Below the pieces are notes generated by a model. It saw nothing but the letters and a program-made list of their open reading frames with translations, searched no databases and was not told where the DNA came from. A stretch of DNA of 64,000 nucleotides from Flavobacteriales bacterium (GTDB taxonomy: Bacteria; Bacteroidota; Bacteroidia; Flavobacteriales_F; PHOS-HE28): the NCBI GenBank assembly GCA_016713865.1, contig JADJOG010000001.1, positions 2,274 to 66,273 of the forward strand, written 5' to 3'. Both the position numbers and the translations under genes were made by a program. Below are positions 61,701 through 64,000 of this stretch, piece by piece (position 1 is the stretch's first letter; each line of letters opens with the position of its first letter).

Positions 61701-63982
61701 GCATCGACGATGGTGCTTCCGGCAGGGATGCTCACGCCGCCCCAGCGTATCGCGATGAACTGATTCCCGCGCCATGGGCTGGCCTCGCTATCGAACACGA
61801 GGTCGAGCGCGCCGGTGTTGGCGTAAATGTTCCCGTTCTCTGCCTCTTCACCATCGGGGTTCGGCGATGAGACCAGGGTGAAGCACGTGGTGACATCGAT
61901 GCAGGCATTGTTGCCGCCGCACACGTTGCAGAGATCGATCACGGCACCACCGCCGGGAACACCGTTGCAATCGATTGGCAGGCCGATGCATTGGCAGCTG
62001 GCATTCCATGTATCGTTACCCGTATTCGGATTGTTGTCGTTGCACGGGATGCCCGGCAACGCGCTGCCGTTGGGCACACCAAGGCAATCGACCACCTGGC
62101 CGATGCATTGGCAACCCGCTGTCCAGGCATCGCTCACCGTGAGCGGGTTACCGTCGTTGCATAGCGACCCTGGCAATGCCGTTCCACCTGCGACGCCCAA
62201 GCAATCAATCAACTGGCCCACGCATTGGCACTGCGCGTTCCAGGCATCGTTGCCCGTGTTCGGATTGTTGTCGTTGCACGCCGTCCCGGGCAGTGCGGCA
62301 CCACCTGCTACACCAAGGCAATCCACAAGCTGGCCAGCGCACTGGCAGTTGGGCCTTATCACATCATTCACCGTGGCCGGATTGCCGTCGTTGCATAATG
62401 CGCCCGGCTCGGGATTTCCGCAGCCGCATTGGCCGGGAGCAGACTTGTTCGGGTCGAAGGGACAGCCATCGAGCGCATCGCAAACGCCATCGCCATCGCT
62501 ATCACTGCTGGGCGTTCCCGCGCATTGGCAGCTCGCGCTCCAAGCATCATTCAGCGTGCAGGGATTACCATCGTTGCACGCGGTTCCCGGCAACGCAGGA
62601 CCGCCGACCACTCCATTGCAATCAGTCACCTGCTGATTCAACGTGACCTGGCCGAAGGCACCCAGGCTCAGGTTCCAATAGCTTCCGCTGAATGAGACTT
62701 GCAGCTTCAGTGCGCGCACCATGTAACGCACGGTGCCATTCAGCCCGACAGTGTTGTCCGTGAACGATGTGCCCGTTACAGCTGTGGTGGTCCTTCGCAC
62801 CCACTGCTGCGTGGCGGAATTGAAGCGGTAAACGTGATAACCTGCAAGGCCGGGCTCGGGGGAAGCGGTCCAGGTGACCGTTGTGCTCGAGCCGTTAGCC
62901 GAAGAGGCTTGCACATTCGACGGCGGTGCAACCACGTGCATGCGCAAGGTGGGGTCGCCCATGAGCGCGATGTGGATGCGGCCCGCTTGCGGATTGGCGG
63001 GCTCATAATGCCCATTCGCGTTGTTCTGCGTGAGCGTGGTGGCGTAACCGATGGTCTCGCCCATGCCCATGTGGTGGAAGAACCAATTGGGATAGCCCGC
63101 CCAGAAGTTGGTGAGGATGTTGCCACTGGCGAGAGCGGCCCGCAGGAAGTTGTTCTGGAAATCCCAATCGCCGAAATAGCTGCCGAAAAGGATGGTGAAT
63201 ATGCCTTGAGGATTGGAGCTCGCGAATTGCGTGGTATTGCCCACACCGTTCGCACTGGGCCACCAGCCCGGGCCGCAGCCATAGCTCCACAGATGGGTCT
63301 GGCTCGAGAGCGCCGTGAAATAATCCCCGGCTGCAACGTTATTGGGGTGCACCAAAGGCCCGAATCCCCGCCATGCATTCTGAGAGAACGCATCGGTATA
63401 ACCTGTGAAATTGTCATCGACCACGGCCCTGTCGGCGGCAGTGATCTGCTTCAATTTCCATTGGCGCAATTTGCTCAGGTAATTGGCCGTGAGCTGCGTT
63501 TCCGTCTGGCTGAAAGCGGGCAGGTCATAGAAATCGACACGGCCAACAGCCAACTCGACCGCTGTTGGTATTATGCTCTGATCGAACTTGCCATCGCCAG
63601 GCACATTATGGTTGCGCGGCCATTGCGCGGTTGCGCTGTTCACCGAGTTATCGGTCCAGCTGCCGTTCATCTCACCGTAGTAGACATCGGCAGACCACGC
63701 TCCGTAGTGCTCACCATGTCCATCGGGGGCCAGCGCGCCGCTCAGGGGTACCGGCACATGCCCAAGGATGAAAACAGCCTTCACGTTGCTCGGGTCGGCA
63801 TTGTAGGCGGCGGTAACAAGCGCCTTCACACTGGTTACAGGGGCCGTGCGGCTCACATCGTGCCGTATCACCTGCCATCCATCGCCTTCCAGATCCTGCA
63901 GGAACTGCGTCAATTGGGTGGCGAGGGACGTTGTGAAAGTGTTATCGACCAGCAGCACCAGCTTGCCACGAGACTCCACCAT
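58707..63982 (-). CDS. Giant T9SS cargo protein, 5'-partial (more than 1,750 aa; the N-terminus lies beyond the window end). It has a gingipain(C25)-like domain with the Cys position substituted, more than 25 tandem 33-39-aa 4-Cys repeats, thrombospondin-3 Ca-binding repeats and a Por_Secre_tail. There is a frameshift near 58790-58815; the true stop is TAG at 58707-58709.
   Basis: Paralogous to 53952-58560 in its N-terminal domain ('GHVPVPLSGALAPDGHGEHYGAWSADVYYGEMNGSWTDN'). Repeats 'DC.G..GG.ALPGTPCDDGD..T..D.W...C.C.G'. TSP3 '[61 protein letters not shown]'. After the shift, the alternate frame gives 'EGIAQGTYALMVFDAEGLPLAAARLVKF*'. Confidence 0.75.
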
Positions 63983-64000
63983 GGCCAGTTCGATGCCGGC

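Overview
Bacteroidota-type chromosome segment of about 60% GC, carrying housekeeping genes and a cluster of giant type IX secretion system (T9SS) cargo proteins. The phylum call rests on Por_Secre_tail and CHU_C (gliding-motility) C-terminal sorting domains, a PorT-like outer-membrane barrel next to ubiE, a short ~289-aa RpoD, and TAnnTT[T/C]G promoter-like boxes.

Housekeeping genes, in order: ppx, an AbgT-family transporter, valS, two DUF1573 genes, two class-I aminotransferases, meaB, a PfkB/RfaE-like kinase, ubiE, porT-like, a COG2509 FAD oxidoreductase, a TrmH-family methyltransferase, a BamA/TamA-family protein, fbaB, accD, rpsO, pnp, rpoD, rpe, purK, purE, a DUF296 protein, an L,D-transpeptidase, a TonB-dependent receptor with a His-rich lipoprotein, and pfkA.

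Accessory content: seven giant (500 to more than 1,700 aa) modular surface proteins. Three of them are each preceded, and translationally coupled, by a small secreted paralogous protein with a ferredoxin/HMA-like fold. This repeated two-gene cassette is the most interesting candidate for an undescribed system.

Sequence-quality warnings:
- A ~130-nt poly-G homopolymer sits between the divergent ppx and abgT starts; it is almost certainly an artefact.
- At least 13 frameshifts or nonsense lesions are present, including in rpoD, pnp and the bamA-like gene. This points to consensus indel errors rather than pseudogenes.

No rRNA, tRNA, CRISPR or mobile-element genes were recognised. Coordinates I derived myself may be off by 1–2 nt, especially in the first ~600 nt.
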